From: a virus
Taxonomy: Duplodnaviria > Heunggongvirae > Uroviricota > Caudoviricetes
Reading direction: 5' to 3' (one strand)
Virus record (IMG/VR): IMGVR_UViG_2974625098_000001
Span: 1 to 59,621 of that record
Length of the DNA: 59,621 nucleotides
Shown: positions 35,815-46,523 of the stretch, in pieces
Position numbering within the stretch: the first letter of the stretch is position 1
How the letters are laid out: the number at the start of each line of letters is the position of its first letter
Position numbers and translations under genes: made by a program
Notes under the pieces: model-generated
Told to the model about the DNA's origin: nothing
The model's input: the letters and a program-made list of their open reading frames with translations, nothing else
Database searches by the model: none

Positions 35815-36153
35815 ATGGCTCAGCAAATTAAAGATACCAATGTCATCAAGACGCCAGAAGTCGTTATCAATCCCGCCTTCTTTCTTCCGCCGGATGTTAT
35901 CGACATGCGCTCTGGCTACACGGACATCGTTGAAGAAGACGATGTATCCGTTGATGAGGTATATGACGCTGACGACCCAAGTCCTGATACCAACGGTGAC
36001 AACGAGGAGAATGGCCTAGCCGCTCCCGAGAATTTCAGCGTTGTCGAACAGGTTGTTAGAATTGGCCCGGATGGAAACGCCGTAGTGGACGTTATCATTG
36101 AGTTTGACGATGAGGGTCACAATGAATACGACATTAGGGTGACGAAGAACTGA
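35815..36153 (+). CDS. Acidic minor tail protein, 112 aa (start revised)
   Basis: TGATG coupling to next gene. Confidence 0.75.
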   Translation: MAQQIKDTNVIKTPEVVINPAFFLPPDVIDMRSGYTDIVEEDDVSVDEVYDADDPSPDTNGDNEENGLAAPENFSVVEQVVRIGPDGNAVVDVIIEFDDEGHNEYDIRVTKN

Positions 36154-37046
36154 TGAAGGGCACTTACCGTTTCTACCAGCAGGGCGAGCTAATCGCCACG
36201 CACGAGAACCTTATCACCACTGAGGGTGAGAGGCTTATCCTGCGTTATCTTGCTGGTAATGCCGCGAGCCTAGGAGACGCTATCGGTCTGGGAGTTATGG
36301 CAACCCCCGCCACCGTAGCAGATGCTCGTCTAGGCTTTGAGGTTTATCGAGCCAGCGTCAGCGTTCGTTCAATCGATTATGACGCTGGCACAGTGCTGTT
36401 CAAGGGAGCTATCGACCAGAACTCGGTCTTTGCTCTGTACGAGGCCGGATTGTGGAGCACCGAGACAAATGCGCTTGGTGCCACCGACTCTGTTAGCCTG
36501 ACGACCTTTGACACCATTGCCGAGGAGTGGACCAACGTAACCGTTGACGCCACCCAGGCACGCACGTCCGAGGATTCCGTTCGTGTGGATGCAGCAGCTA
36601 GCTCTACTACTTCCCCCCGCCTGGCGGTTGCCATGGACCTGACCGGATATTCCACCGAGGACGTTTTCTCGCTGGCCTTCTACAAGCCAGATAATAATAT
36701 TGCCTCCATCACGCTTTACTTCGGTAACAGCCTGACCGGAGGAACCCTTAAGCTTACCAAGACAGTTTCTTCGATGGCGGTTGGATACAACGTGGTCCAG
36801 TTCCGCAAGGGAGATTTTGTCGCGACTGGAACAATTACCTGGGACACCATCGACACCCTCGGATTTGATGTAACCGCTGGAGCGACGGGCGGGTATGTGA
36901 TTCTTGACGGTCTCCGTGTAGAAGACACTGACACCCCAGACCAAGACCACGTTCTAGTTTCCCGCACCGTTATGAGCACACCACTGATTAAGTCGAATAC
37001 TGCTCCAATGGATGTCGAATATACCCTGGAGTTTAACGTAACATGA
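36153..37046 (+). CDS. Minor tail protein, 297 aa
   Basis: NLITTEG..ILRYLAG, LYEAGL, VLVSR pattern of baseplate/fibre-anchor proteins. Confidence 0.8.
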   Translation: MKGTYRFYQQGELIATHENLITTEGERLILRYLAGNAASLGDAIGLGVMATPATVADARLGFEVYRASVSVRSIDYDAGTVLFKGAIDQNSVFALYEAGLWSTETNALGATDSVSLTTFDTIAEEWTNVTVDATQARTSEDSVRVDAAASSTTSPRLAVAMDLTGYSTEDVFSLAFYKPDNNIASITLYFGNSLTGGTLKLTKTVSSMAVGYNVVQFRKGDFVATGTITWDTIDTLGFDVTAGATGGYVILDGLRVEDTDTPDQDHVLVSRTVMSTPLIKSNTAPMDVEYTLEFNVT

Positions 37047-40000
37047 CCCGTATTCTTGTAAAGGACCTAGAGCCTGGACGTACCCATTACATTCAGGCAC
37101 GAGTAAACAACGGCACCGAAGTCTCTGACTGGTCTTCGAAGCACGTCTTTACCACCGTTAGCGATACTCTTGCTCCAGCCCCGGTTACCGGACTAGCTTG
37201 GACCGTTGAGGGTACCGCTTTTAAGGCTGTCTGGACTGGCCCAATCACCAACTCTGACGGCACCCCGTTGATGGACCTCAAGGATTACCAGGTCAAGGTT
37301 TATTCGCCAGCGGCTCCAAGCACCGTAGCCACATATTACACGTCGGCTGCACGTTTTGACTTCCCGTTCGAAGCTAACGTCAACGCCTTTGCTACGCCTC
37401 GTGCTCAGGTCACTGTTGAAATTCGTGCCCGTGACAATACCGGCAACCTCTCCACGGTCGTCTCTGCTACCGCCTCTAACCCAGCTCCAGCCAACGTGAC
37501 TGGTCTTACCGCTACGGGAATTTCTGACGGTGTGGCTTTGCAGTGGGCTCCGATTACCGACACTGACCTCAAGCACTACGAGGTTCGTCAGGGTACGTCT
37601 CTCGGCAATGAGACTAACCTCGTTTACACAGGCCGAGGCACATCGTTCGTATTCACCACCACCGCCACGGTTCCGCAGTATTTTGCGGTTGTTGCAGTTG
37701 ACGTATTTGGTACATCATCGGCAACCGCAGCTAAGGCTAACGCTACGCCAAGGTCAACCCTTTCGGTCGATACGACGCCACCGGCTGCGCCTACTAACGT
37801 CCAGGTTACCAGCTCTCTACACAGCACCGACCCAACTCAGAGTTCCGCGTTTATTGACGTAACGTGGACAGGTGTAGCTGACACCGATTTGCAGAATTAC
37901 CTGGTTCGCTATGCGTCTAGCTCGACCACCACGACCTTCCAGTACATTGAGGTTCCCGAGGGTGTTACTGAGGCACGTATTCACAACCTCAAGACCAACA
38001 CCGATTTTTACATCAAGGTGTGTGCTGTTGACTATGCTGGAAACCAGAGCACCTGGACTCAGGCAGCTACCTACCCAATTACTACGGCCAAGGACACGGC
38101 TGCTCCTGCGGCTCCTACGGGTGTCACAGTCGCGGCGGGTGTTACGACAGCCACCATCGTCTGGAATGAAAATACTGAGGGCGATGTAAAGGGTGGACAG
38201 GGTTACTATGAGGTCCAGATTGATACGGCCAATACATTTAACACAGGCAACCTCCAGACCAAGCAGGTCAGCGGCACCGTCGTATCGTTCTCCAACCTGA
38301 CCTCTAACACGACCTACTACACGCGCGTGCGCGCGGTCGATGGTGCCGGAAACGCAGGAGCTTACTCCAGCATTGTTTCTGGTACGCCTCGCTATGTCGC
38401 CAACGTCGATATTCAGGCCGGTACCATTTCCGGTGACAAGATTACTGCTGCCACTCTTGCTGGTGACCGAGTAATTGCCAACACCCTTGATGCTGCTGCG
38501 CTCAAGGCTAACACCGCATTCGTTAACGACCTGCTTATTAATTCGAAGTTCACAATGAACACGACTGGTACAATGCAGTCTTCGAATTATGTCGCGGGTA
38601 CTTCCGGATGGCAGCTCAAGAACAACACCCTTGAAATCGTGGACGGTGTTATTCTGGCCAAGGCCCTCAAGCTCCAGAATGGCGTCAACCTAATCCACCC
38701 TGCCTATGCAGATTTCGAGTGGAATCCAACGTGGTACACCGGTTCGACCCTCGGTACTGGTGGCGGTTCTCCATCATGGTCCATCGTTACCGCTCCAACC
38801 GTAACGGCTAAGTACGGCGCTCAGTGTCTAAAGCTTACCCGTCCTGCTGGCATTCCTGCGGGCACCGATACAGACCTGTTCCTTGGTCCCAACTCCAGCA
38901 CCTATAATGTCTCATTCGAGCCGGGTGTAACTTACATCTGGTCTGCCTGGATGATGACTCCTTCCGGCAGTGGTCCAAAGACTGTTCAGCTCAAGCTGCG
39001 TACCGGCGACGGCACCTGGACCTCTTTTGGAGGAACGCAGGTTATTCCTGACACCGGCGTGTGGACGCGTATTTCTGGTACTCGCACAATTGCGGCGGGT
39101 ATCACCTCGGGTGTCATGTTCTACGGTCTCCAGACTCAGGGTGACGTATACATTGACGCCAACCAGCTTGAGGTTATGGCGACCTCCGAGACTGCGCCTT
39201 CCCAGTGGAAGCCACCGAGCTTCACCACGGTTGATGGTGGAATTATCAAGACGGGTTCTATTCAGTCTACCGCTTCTGCCAATGGTCTCGCGGGGCAGCC
39301 TGCCTGGTCGATTAACACCCAGGGTAATGCCCAGTTCGGTGACGCTAACGTGCGTGGTCGTCTGGTCGTTGGTGACCCTAACAACCCATCCGCCGATGGC
39401 GTAAACAGCCGGATTTACTCGTCCAACTACGTACCAGGTTCTACCGGATGGATTATCCGTTCGGACGGTTATGCCGAATTCCGTAACCTTGCCGTTAACT
39501 CGGTTAAGGTTACCGCGTTTGACTCTCCATTCCAGAATACTGCTGCGGCCAAGCTGTACGACTACATGCAGGACGGTAACCTATGGCTGACCAACGGTGC
39601 GGTTGTTCAGAAGACCGACCCTGGAGCTTTCTCCGCCAACTCGCTATTCGAGTTCACCGGTCCTGGTCTGATTATCCGTAACGGTACGGGCGTTCAGCCT
39701 ATCGCGTTCGACCCAACCATTCTCTACCGTGTATCCGCGCGTGTCCGAGCTTACTCGGTTACTCCGCTGAACACCAACGGTGACTTTGAGAATGCCACGC
39801 TGACAAACTGGAGCACTGACACAACTGGTAGCACCACCACGCTTTCCCTGAGCACCACGGAAAAGTACGCGGGCACCAAGTCTCTCCAGATGGCTTCTTC
39901 GTCTGCAACAAGCGGTGTTTACCGCGCCTGGACTGGTGTTGACAACCTCAAGGCTGGATACACCTACACCCTAAACGCTCGTATCAAGGCCAACATTCAG

Positions 40001-43000
40001 GCTGCCTACTACAACGCGTCTAACCAGGGAAACATTGAGCTTCGCGTAACGTACTTTAGTGGTGCGGGACAGAGCGGATACCTTTCTGAGGAGCTTTACC
40101 TAATTGCCCCACCAGTAGATTCTAGTGGTGTCATGCTGACCGCTCCAACCACCTGGTTCCCAGTAAGTGCTACCTTCACGCCACCAGCGGGTGCCACCAG
40201 CGCGAACTTCATTATCCGCTTGGCTCGCTATGACAACGTGACGGCGGGTACAACCATTGGCTGGATTGACGATGTTCAGATTACCACCCCGCCACGTATT
40301 AAGCTTGGTGTGTTCGGTACGGACATGAGCAACTACATCGTTGACTACGATTACGTCAATGATGCAACTACGCCTACCAAGAAGCACGCATTCCCAGCGG
40401 CCGGTAGCTATGGAACTCTTTCCAGCTACACTGCTGGGCAGTACATGTGTGTTGCCGACAATGATGAAATTGCGACGGCTGTTGCTTCTTCCGGCACTAC
40501 CGCTGACTGGGTAACCCTAACCGGTTACATCAAGGGTCGTGGTGGCTCTGGAACAGATGGTACCTTCGGTAACCCTGCGAAGGCGAACGACCCATACCAG
40601 CCAGCTTCTCTGAACACAAACGTCTCGTACCTAATTCCTTACGTAGAGTTTGACGTTGCTTCTGGTACCAAGGCTCAGGTTGACCAGTTCTCCCTTGAGG
40701 CGTTCGAGGGTGGTGCTCCTGGAAAGGTGGCGACCGGAACAAATGCAACTGAGAAGTCTGTATCGATTGAAAAGATTGATGGTCAGACATTTGACCACGC
40801 TATCCGATTCTCCACGGGCAACTCAGACGAGCGTGCCCCAGGTATTATCGGTCACAATATCGATAACGAGATGAACGATGCTGGTCATATCCGCATCACA
40901 GCACCTCGTCTGACCTCGGACCAGGATGACCTTTCCGCTTCATTCATCGGTCTTTGGGAGCGTAACCCGAACTACATCTATGACGCCGGATTTGAAAATG
41001 GAATCACCGGCTGGACCGGAATGGCAAACACCACTCTGGCGTGGAACCAGACCGATGGTTATTCCGATGCTACCTCTCTTTCGATTACGGCTACGGGAAC
41101 TATTTCGTCTCCAGCCACGACTGAGCTTCTTGGTAGCTACAACGTGTCCACGCTACAGAACTCCGAGCTTATCGGACAGACTCTTACAGTCTCCGGTAAG
41201 GCGAAGATGGGAACAGCCACGGGTCGAAATGTAAGGCTCGTTGTTAAGTATCTGGACGAGGCTGGAGCAATGATTTCCGGCTGGTACATTGAAAAGGCTA
41301 TCACCAATGCAGCCTGGACTTCGTACTCGTTCTACACTCCATCGGTAATCCCGGATACCTGCTACACAGTTCAGTTCTTCTTCTCGTGGTTCAACGGAGC
41401 CACCGGTGACGTTGTTCTCGTTGACGAGGTTCAGCTAGAGGCTGGTGGTCTGACAAAGTTCCGCTCTGGACAGGCTTCTACAATTGCGCTAAATTCGCAG
41501 GTTGTTCGCTCTAGCGGTGCAATTATCATTTCGGCAGACACCGACCTAGACCTCCCACCGAACGTCTACAGTGATGGTCGTCAGGACACTTCTAAGTACC
41601 CTGGAATCATCATGCAGTCCGAGGGTGGTACGTCAGCTCTGCGCATGGTCAACTACACTGACTCTTACGGTAACCGTGCATCGACAACCCTGGCCTTCTT
41701 TAACCCATCAGGAACAGAAGAGTCGGCAGTCCGTGTTTACGGTTCGAATGATGACAGGTTCCCAGGACAGATTGCCCTGGTCGGTCCCGCCGGAGGCTTT
41801 GCCCTTGCGACTCAGGCAAACCCTGATAGCAGTGTCACTACTTACGATACCCGAATTTATGGTTCGCTTATTATCGATGGTGACATGGCCTGGACTCCTG
41901 CCAGCTACAGCAGCGCGCTTACCCCATTCTCAACTCGTGCGCCGGGTTACTGTGTTCAGCAGGGAATTGTTAAGTTCCGAGGCGTCTGTACCGTCAATAA
42001 CCCGATTACGACCGGTAGTGGTGGAACCACGCTTTGGACAATGCCGACCGGACTAAGGCCAGCTAGCCCGATGTACCTAACCACTACATCCTGGACTGGT
42101 GGAACCACATATTCCACCCTGGTCCACGTACAGACTGATGGCACGGTGCTTATCTGGTCGCCTAGTGCCATTGGTAACAGCATCACCTTCGAGGGATTGT
42201 CTTACCCACTTAGCAACATGCCGACGACCACCACACCAGGCGCAGACACTACAGCTCCGGGAACGCCAAGCAACTTCAAGATTTCCGCGCTGTCTTCCGG
42301 TTCGTCAACGGGCACCTACCGACTATCGTGGACCAACCCAACCGCTACAGACTTGGCGGGTGTCAAGATTATCTGGCGTTCCGACCGTTACCCAACAGTC
42401 ACCATCGCCAGCTCTGGTACAAAGACCCTAACCACTGACGGAAAGGTTATCACGATTTCAGGTGCCTCTGCTGCGGCAAAGACCTATGACCACTCCAGCC
42501 TTCCTGTCAATAAGACAATCTACTACCGTGTAGTTTCTTATGACAAGTCTGGAAACCACTCGACTTACGTCAGCGCAAGCCGTTACCTATTGGCAAGCCC
42601 GGTTACCGTTTATGCCGACAGCTCTGACGCTTACCGTCTTGGTTATGGTGGTATGTGGCGTAACGACGGTGACGACGTTTACCAGGGTGACTGGACCGGA
42701 AACGACAACCACCGTGGTTTGTTCTTCTACGGTACCAAGATTTATGATGCTGTCAACAAGGGCGGGGTTGTCCGTACTCCAACCAAGATGACGATTTACA
42801 TGAAGCGTACCGGCTCCGGTGGTAATTACTCTGGTGTTGGAATTAACCTTCGTGGTCACGTCTACCAGACAAAGCCAGCCGGTGACCCAATTGGTGGTAT
42901 GACTAACGAGGGTAGTGACGGAGACAACATCACGTACCTAAGTCCAAACGAGGGTGCTACCATCACGATTCCTTCATCATGGTACAATAACTTCGTTGAC

Positions 43001-43126
43001 TCCAACGCGGCCAACCGTCTTGAGGGTCTTGGTGTCTATGGTAGCTCCAGCTCAGACTACGCCATCATCTACGGTCGTGGCAACTCGTCGTCCAACGGCA
43101 AGGTCACGATTTACCACAAGGGTTGA
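37043..43126 (+). CDS. Tail fibre/receptor-binding protein with FN3 repeats and CBM-like domains, 2027 aa
   Basis: Several PAAP..V...W...Y.V FN3 units; NGDFE..W and GFENG..GW CBM-like starts; Thr/Ser-rich. Confidence 0.9.
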   Translation: MTRILVKDLEPGRTHYIQARVNNGTEVSDWSSKHVFTTVSDTLAPAPVTGLAWTVEGTAFKAVWTGPITNSDGTPLMDLKDYQVKVYSPAAPSTVATYYTSAARFDFPFEANVNAFATPRAQVTVEIRARDNTGNLSTVVSATASNPAPANVTGLTATGISDGVALQWAPITDTDLKHYEVRQGTSLGNETNLVYTGRGTSFVFTTTATVPQYFAVVAVDVFGTSSATAAKANATPRSTLSVDTTPPAAPTNVQVTSSLHSTDPTQSSAFIDVTWTGVADTDLQNYLVRYASSSTTTTFQYIEVPEGVTEARIHNLKTNTDFYIKVCAVDYAGNQSTWTQAATYPITTAKDTAAPAAPTGVTVAAGVTTATIVWNENTEGDVKGGQGYYEVQIDTANTFNTGNLQTKQVSGTVVSFSNLTSNTTYYTRVRAVDGAGNAGAYSSIVSGTPRYVANVDIQAGTISGDKITAATLAGDRVIANTLDAAALKANTAFVNDLLINSKFTMNTTGTMQSSNYVAGTSGWQLKNNTLEIVDGVILAKALKLQNGVNLIHPAYADFEWNPTWYTGSTLGTGGGSPSWSIVTAPTVTAKYGAQCLKLTRPAGIPAGTDTDLFLGPNSSTYNVSFEPGVTYIWSAWMMTPSGSGPKTVQLKLRTGDGTWTSFGGTQVIPDTGVWTRISGTRTIAAGITSGVMFYGLQTQGDVYIDANQLEVMATSETAPSQWKPPSFTTVDGGIIKTGSIQSTASANGLAGQPAWSINTQGNAQFGDANVRGRLVVGDPNNPSADGVNSRIYSSNYVPGSTGWIIRSDGYAEFRNLAVNSVKVTAFDSPFQNTAAAKLYDYMQDGNLWLTNGAVVQKTDPGAFSANSLFEFTGPGLIIRNGTGVQPIAFDPTILYRVSARVRAYSVTPLNTNGDFENATLTNWSTDTTGSTTTLSLSTTEKYAGTKSLQMASSSATSGVYRAWTGVDNLKAGYTYTLNARIKANIQAAYYNASNQGNIELRVTYFSGAGQSGYLSEELYLIAPPVDSSGVMLTAPTTWFPVSATFTPPAGATSANFIIRLARYDNVTAGTTIGWIDDVQITTPPRIKLGVFGTDMSNYIVDYDYVNDATTPTKKHAFPAAGSYGTLSSYTAGQYMCVADNDEIATAVASSGTTADWVTLTGYIKGRGGSGTDGTFGNPAKANDPYQPASLNTNVSYLIPYVEFDVASGTKAQVDQFSLEAFEGGAPGKVATGTNATEKSVSIEKIDGQTFDHAIRFSTGNSDERAPGIIGHNIDNEMNDAGHIRITAPRLTSDQDDLSASFIGLWERNPNYIYDAGFENGITGWTGMANTTLAWNQTDGYSDATSLSITATGTISSPATTELLGSYNVSTLQNSELIGQTLTVSGKAKMGTATGRNVRLVVKYLDEAGAMISGWYIEKAITNAAWTSYSFYTPSVIPDTCYTVQFFFSWFNGATGDVVLVDEVQLEAGGLTKFRSGQASTIALNSQVVRSSGAIIISADTDLDLPPNVYSDGRQDTSKYPGIIMQSEGGTSALRMVNYTDSYGNRASTTLAFFNPSGTEESAVRVYGSNDDRFPGQIALVGPAGGFALATQANPDSSVTTYDTRIYGSLIIDGDMAWTPASYSSALTPFSTRAPGYCVQQGIVKFRGVCTVNNPITTGSGGTTLWTMPTGLRPASPMYLTTTSWTGGTTYSTLVHVQTDGTVLIWSPSAIGNSITFEGLSYPLSNMPTTTTPGADTTAPGTPSNFKISALSSGSSTGTYRLSWTNPTATDLAGVKIIWRSDRYPTVTIASSGTKTLTTDGKVITISGASAAAKTYDHSSLPVNKTIYYRVVSYDKSGNHSTYVSASRYLLASPVTVYADSSDAYRLGYGGMWRNDGDDVYQGDWTGNDNHRGLFFYGTKIYDAVNKGGVVRTPTKMTIYMKRTGSGGNYSGVGINLRGHVYQTKPAGDPIGGMTNEGSDGDNITYLSPNEGATITIPSSWYNNFVDSNAANRLEGLGVYGSSSSDYAIIYGRGNSSSNGKVTIYHKG

Positions 43127-43152
43127 CAGACGGCTTTGCGTCTGCATATAAT
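43123..43152 (+). promoter_or_regulatory. Promoter
   Basis: TTGACA-18-TATAAT. Confidence 0.8.
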
Positions 43153-43184
43153 GTTCTTAGAGAAGAAAAGGATTGAATAAATAA

Positions 43185-43391
43185 ATGTCTGATACCAATA
43201 CTACTAAACTAGAACTTAAGATTCAGAGTCTTAAGGAGAGGTTCGCCAAGAAGATTGCGGATTACGAGGATGAAATCGCGGATATCCGTGCCGAGGCAAC
43301 CATCATGTTCGAGCAGTTGAGCCAGCAGCTTGAGTCTCAGCAGAAGGAGCTGAACGAGAAGAATGTTCAGGATGTTTCGTCGGAGGAGTAA
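43185..43391 (+). CDS. Small coiled-coil protein, 68 aa
   Basis: Heptad-like E/K/Q-rich sequence; SD AAAAGGA. Confidence 0.8.
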   Translation: MSDTNTTKLELKIQSLKERFAKKIADYEDEIADIRAEATIMFEQLSQQLESQQKELNEKNVQDVSSEE

Positions 43392-43785
43392 GCGAGAGCT
43401 ACCTGCCGACCCTGCCATTCCTACGACTCCCACCAATTACCCCTACGGCCTTTGTATTCAGACAGAGGCCGGGTGGTTTTTGATGAGAGAGAAGTTCAGG
43501 TTCCGTATTCCTACTGAGCGTGTCCTTGAGTCGTGGAGTTTCAATGTAATTCAGTCATCGGAAGCCGCTGTGAAGCACATTAAGGTCGGCGGTAAGGTTG
43601 GATTCCGTGACGGCACCATCATTCACAATATGGCTGATGGAAAGCATTACCTAATCTCGCAGAACAAGAGGCGTCACATTGTTGACCCGGATGTGTGGGA
43701 GAAGTATGGCCTTGACTGGGGTAATGTAATCCTCGTTTCAGAGGAAGAGGCAAATCTACATGTGGATGGGGAGGTGCTAAAGTAA
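43363..43785 (+). CDS. Hypothetical protein, 140 aa
   Basis: SD AAGGAG; coding-like composition. Confidence 0.8.
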   Translation: MFRMFRRRSKRELPADPAIPTTPTNYPYGLCIQTEAGWFLMREKFRFRIPTERVLESWSFNVIQSSEAAVKHIKVGGKVGFRDGTIIHNMADGKHYLISQNKRRHIVDPDVWEKYGLDWGNVILVSEEEANLHVDGEVLK

Positions 43786-43786
43786 A

Positions 43787-44230
43787 TTGGCAGTTTCAAG
43801 TTTTAAGGATGTCAATTGGTCGGATAACGAATACCTTGCTACCGACAAGTTGAACACGATGTGCGCTAACAGCCGGTACCTGTTTGAGAGGGCTCCGAAG
43901 CTGTATTACAACTCCTACTCGGTCAAGAAGGACACGGGAGTTAAGATTGCGTGTGGAACATCAACAATTCCACCGAAGAAGGGCCAGCATCAGTTCACGA
44001 AGACAATCAACTTCGGTGCATTTTTCACGGCGGGCTGTAAGCCAGTCGTTGTAACGTCTGTCACCTCCCCATATAACCGAAGGATGATTCTTTCCCACTG
44101 GGGAATCCAGGGAACAGGGTACGTTCCAGACCACCGAGGCTTTATCGTTTGTGCAGCTACATCCACCAACGAGAAGAGTCACTACCTAGCAAAGCAGATT
44201 TACGTTAACTGGATTGCTATGGGATACTGA
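43787..44230 (+). CDS. Tail-fibre-related beta-sandwich protein (putative), 147 aa
   Basis: SD GGGGAGG; TINFGAFF...KPVVVTS and VNWIAMGY ends like fibre tip domains. Confidence 0.6.
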   Translation: MAVSSFKDVNWSDNEYLATDKLNTMCANSRYLFERAPKLYYNSYSVKKDTGVKIACGTSTIPPKKGQHQFTKTINFGAFFTAGCKPVVVTSVTSPYNRRMILSHWGIQGTGYVPDHRGFIVCAATSTNEKSHYLAKQIYVNWIAMGY

Positions 44231-44502
44231 TGAGGTACTTCCCGCTACAGAAGTGGAGCAGGCGTGAGACGCGCCTGAACCCCAATGGGTACGTGCTGGT
44301 CTTTGCGCCAGAGCACCCGAAGAGTTTCGGTGGTGGTTGGTATTATGAGCACCGGCTGGTGGCCGAGAAGAAAATCGGCCGGATACTCAAATCCTGGGAG
44401 ACGGTTCATCACATCTCCGGAGATAAGACAGACAACACATGGCTCAACCTGTTTATCTGCACACGCAAGGAGCACGACAGAGCTGAGAGATTGACCGTAT
44501 AA
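44230..44502 (+). CDS. HNH endonuclease (HNH_3 type), 90 aa
   Basis: YEHRLVAE...VHHISGDKTDN...NL...EH. Confidence 0.9.
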   Translation: MRYFPLQKWSRRETRLNPNGYVLVFAPEHPKSFGGGWYYEHRLVAEKKIGRILKSWETVHHISGDKTDNTWLNLFICTRKEHDRAERLTV

Positions 44503-44519
44503 GCGACCTACGGTATACT
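44491..44519 (+). promoter_or_regulatory. Promoter
   Basis: TTGACC-17-TATACT. Confidence 0.8.
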
Positions 44520-44522
44520 TGA

Positions 44523-45212
44523 ATGAGTATGAAAAAGGCGCTTATCACGATGGGGCTAGCGCCGATTCTACTGGTGCTAGCCCTTTTCGTTTCTCCGAAC
44601 AAAGCTTATGCCCAAGATTGCGAATCTACCAACCTGGGCACTATCTGTGCTTCCTTGGTAGGTGACGATGTTGTGGTGACCCTTCTTGGGCAGGAGATTG
44701 CGAGGATTACCGCGCCAGTCCGAGAGGTCAAGGTTCAGGTTCCTGTTCCTGGCCCAACTGATATTATTCGGGTACCAGGCCCAACCGTCACGGTTCCGAT
44801 TCCTGGTCCCACAAGGACGGTGACCGTTCCCGTCCCAGGCAATAATGCCACGGCTACAGCTACGGCCACCGTCACCCTGCGTCCGTCTGGACAGGCAGGG
44901 GCAGCTCGTGTTACCATTAAGCCATCAGCCACTCCTTCGGCAGGGAAAGATGCGCCGGTTCCAACGGCGACCGCTACGGTATCTAAGACAAGCCCTCCGA
45001 AGGTAGTGGTTGATGAGCGTGAAAAGAAAGTACGAATCACCATTCCACAGGCCATCGGTATCTCCCTTGGCCTTTTGTTGCTGGGCCTTATTCTTGGCCT
45101 TCTAGCATTGTACACAGCTTATACCGTTGGGTATAAGAATTCTGAGCAGGCAGAGGCTAAGAAGTGGAGGGAATTCAGCGACAACCTATTCGGTAAGAAG
45201 GGAAAGCATTGA
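44523..45212 (+). CDS. Exported, C-terminally anchored Pro/Thr/Val-rich membrane protein, 229 aa
   Basis: Signal peptide (AYA), Cys pair, VPGPT repeats, TM helix then basic tail. Confidence 0.85.
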   Translation: MSMKKALITMGLAPILLVLALFVSPNKAYAQDCESTNLGTICASLVGDDVVVTLLGQEIARITAPVREVKVQVPVPGPTDIIRVPGPTVTVPIPGPTRTVTVPVPGNNATATATATVTLRPSGQAGAARVTIKPSATPSAGKDAPVPTATATVSKTSPPKVVVDEREKKVRITIPQAIGISLGLLLLGLILGLLALYTAYTVGYKNSEQAEAKKWREFSDNLFGKKGKH

Positions 45213-46033
45213 GCGACTTCAAATGGGCCTTCGTTGGAGACCTGCAAATTCCTTACCACGATGAGCGTGCGCTAGCACTATTCTTCAAGGTAATGAAGGC
45301 TTGGAAGCCAGACGCCATGGACATTACCGGCGATATTGACGACCAGCTCGAATACAGCAGTTTCTCTGATGGAACCACTGATGAGTTCTTTAGTCAGCTC
45401 AAGAAGAGTAAGCAGATTGAGGAGGAGTCCGACGCAGATTTTAGGCGCAGGGTTTCTCCTCTCCCGTTTGTCAGGGAAAATGCGCTGGGTGCTCGGACGT
45501 TCTACACAGAACTGAGGAACGACCACAAGAACTGTGACATACACGTCAGCCTCGGCAACCATGACATTCGCATCTTCAAGTACATGGACAAGAAGGCTCC
45601 TGATTATGTGGAGGAGCTGACGCCAAATATGCTCTGGGGTCTGGACGACCTCGGGATTTCCTGGCGTCACTATGATTTGCCTCCGCTGGAGCGATTCGGC
45701 GGGATTTATGTTCATCACGGAGCGACTACAACCACGACCGGTCTGGCAGTAAAGGCAGACATCGAGAACTATAATATCTCTCTGGCTCGTGGACACGACC
45801 ATCGCGGTGGTGTAGTGTACAAGTCTTATCCGATGACGAACACAACTCTGGTCGGTCTTGGTACTGGCCACATGTGTGACCCCAGTGCCTACGGCTTGAG
45901 GTACACTATTAATCCGTCCTGGGAGCTTGGCTTCGGGATTGGTCACGTAGTGGACGGAGTGGCTTCGCTCCAGTTCATTCCCATCTCGCCCGACTACACC
46001 TGTGTGGTCGATGGCAAGATTTTCAAGGGTTAG
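45209..46033 (+). CDS. Calcineurin-like metallophosphoesterase, 274 aa
   Basis: GDLQ, GDIDD, GNHD, HHG, GHDH motifs. Confidence 0.9.
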   Translation: MSDFKWAFVGDLQIPYHDERALALFFKVMKAWKPDAMDITGDIDDQLEYSSFSDGTTDEFFSQLKKSKQIEEESDADFRRRVSPLPFVRENALGARTFYTELRNDHKNCDIHVSLGNHDIRIFKYMDKKAPDYVEELTPNMLWGLDDLGISWRHYDLPPLERFGGIYVHHGATTTTTGLAVKADIENYNISLARGHDHRGGVVYKSYPMTNTTLVGLGTGHMCDPSAYGLRYTINPSWELGFGIGHVVDGVASLQFIPISPDYTCVVDGKIFKG

Positions 46034-46090
46034 ACCTTGACTAACTACTTCTGCTATACTAGGAGTAGTTTAGCTTGTAAGGAGGTTAAA

Positions 46091-46348
46091 TTGTTCTCTA
46101 AGGTATTTGTTAAGGATGCTGCTGAGCGTGCCGTGAAGGCTTTCGCGTCCACCATTCTATCTGTTCTGGTAGTTGGTGATAAGGCGTTTAATCTAGTCAA
46201 CGCCAATTGGACTGACGCCCTCGGCGTTGGTGGCGGTGCAGCCCTCGCGTCCGTTCTGCTATCCGTAGCCTCTTACAAGGCTGGTTCTACTGGCACGGCC
46301 TCCGCTGTAAAGCAGGTCGTGTATAACGGTGACAGCCGTGTACTGTAA
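46091..46348 (+). CDS. Holin (r1t-like), 85 aa (TTG start revised)
   Basis: SD AAGGAGG; KDAAERAVKAFA followed by two TM helices. Confidence 0.8.
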   Translation: MFSKVFVKDAAERAVKAFASTILSVLVVGDKAFNLVNANWTDALGVGGGAALASVLLSVASYKAGSTGTASAVKQVVYNGDSRVL

Positions 46349-46523
46349 GAAGTGTTCGGGCCGGGTCTTCGTGGACCGGGTATACTCTGATACACAGAGG
46401 GTCGAGCTGTTCTGTTCAATCTGCGGAGCACGCTGGATGCTAGATACAAGGAAGAATAAGTTTGCAGCATGGGTTCTAAAGAAGGAAAAGGAACACGCGC
46501 TCGCAAGCGTAGTCGTCGTCTGA
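46329..46523 (+). CDS. Zn-finger protein, 64 aa
   Basis: CKKC...CSICG. Confidence 0.8.
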   Translation: MTAVYCKKCSGRVFVDRVYSDTQRVELFCSICGARWMLDTRKNKFAAWVLKKEKEHALASVVVV

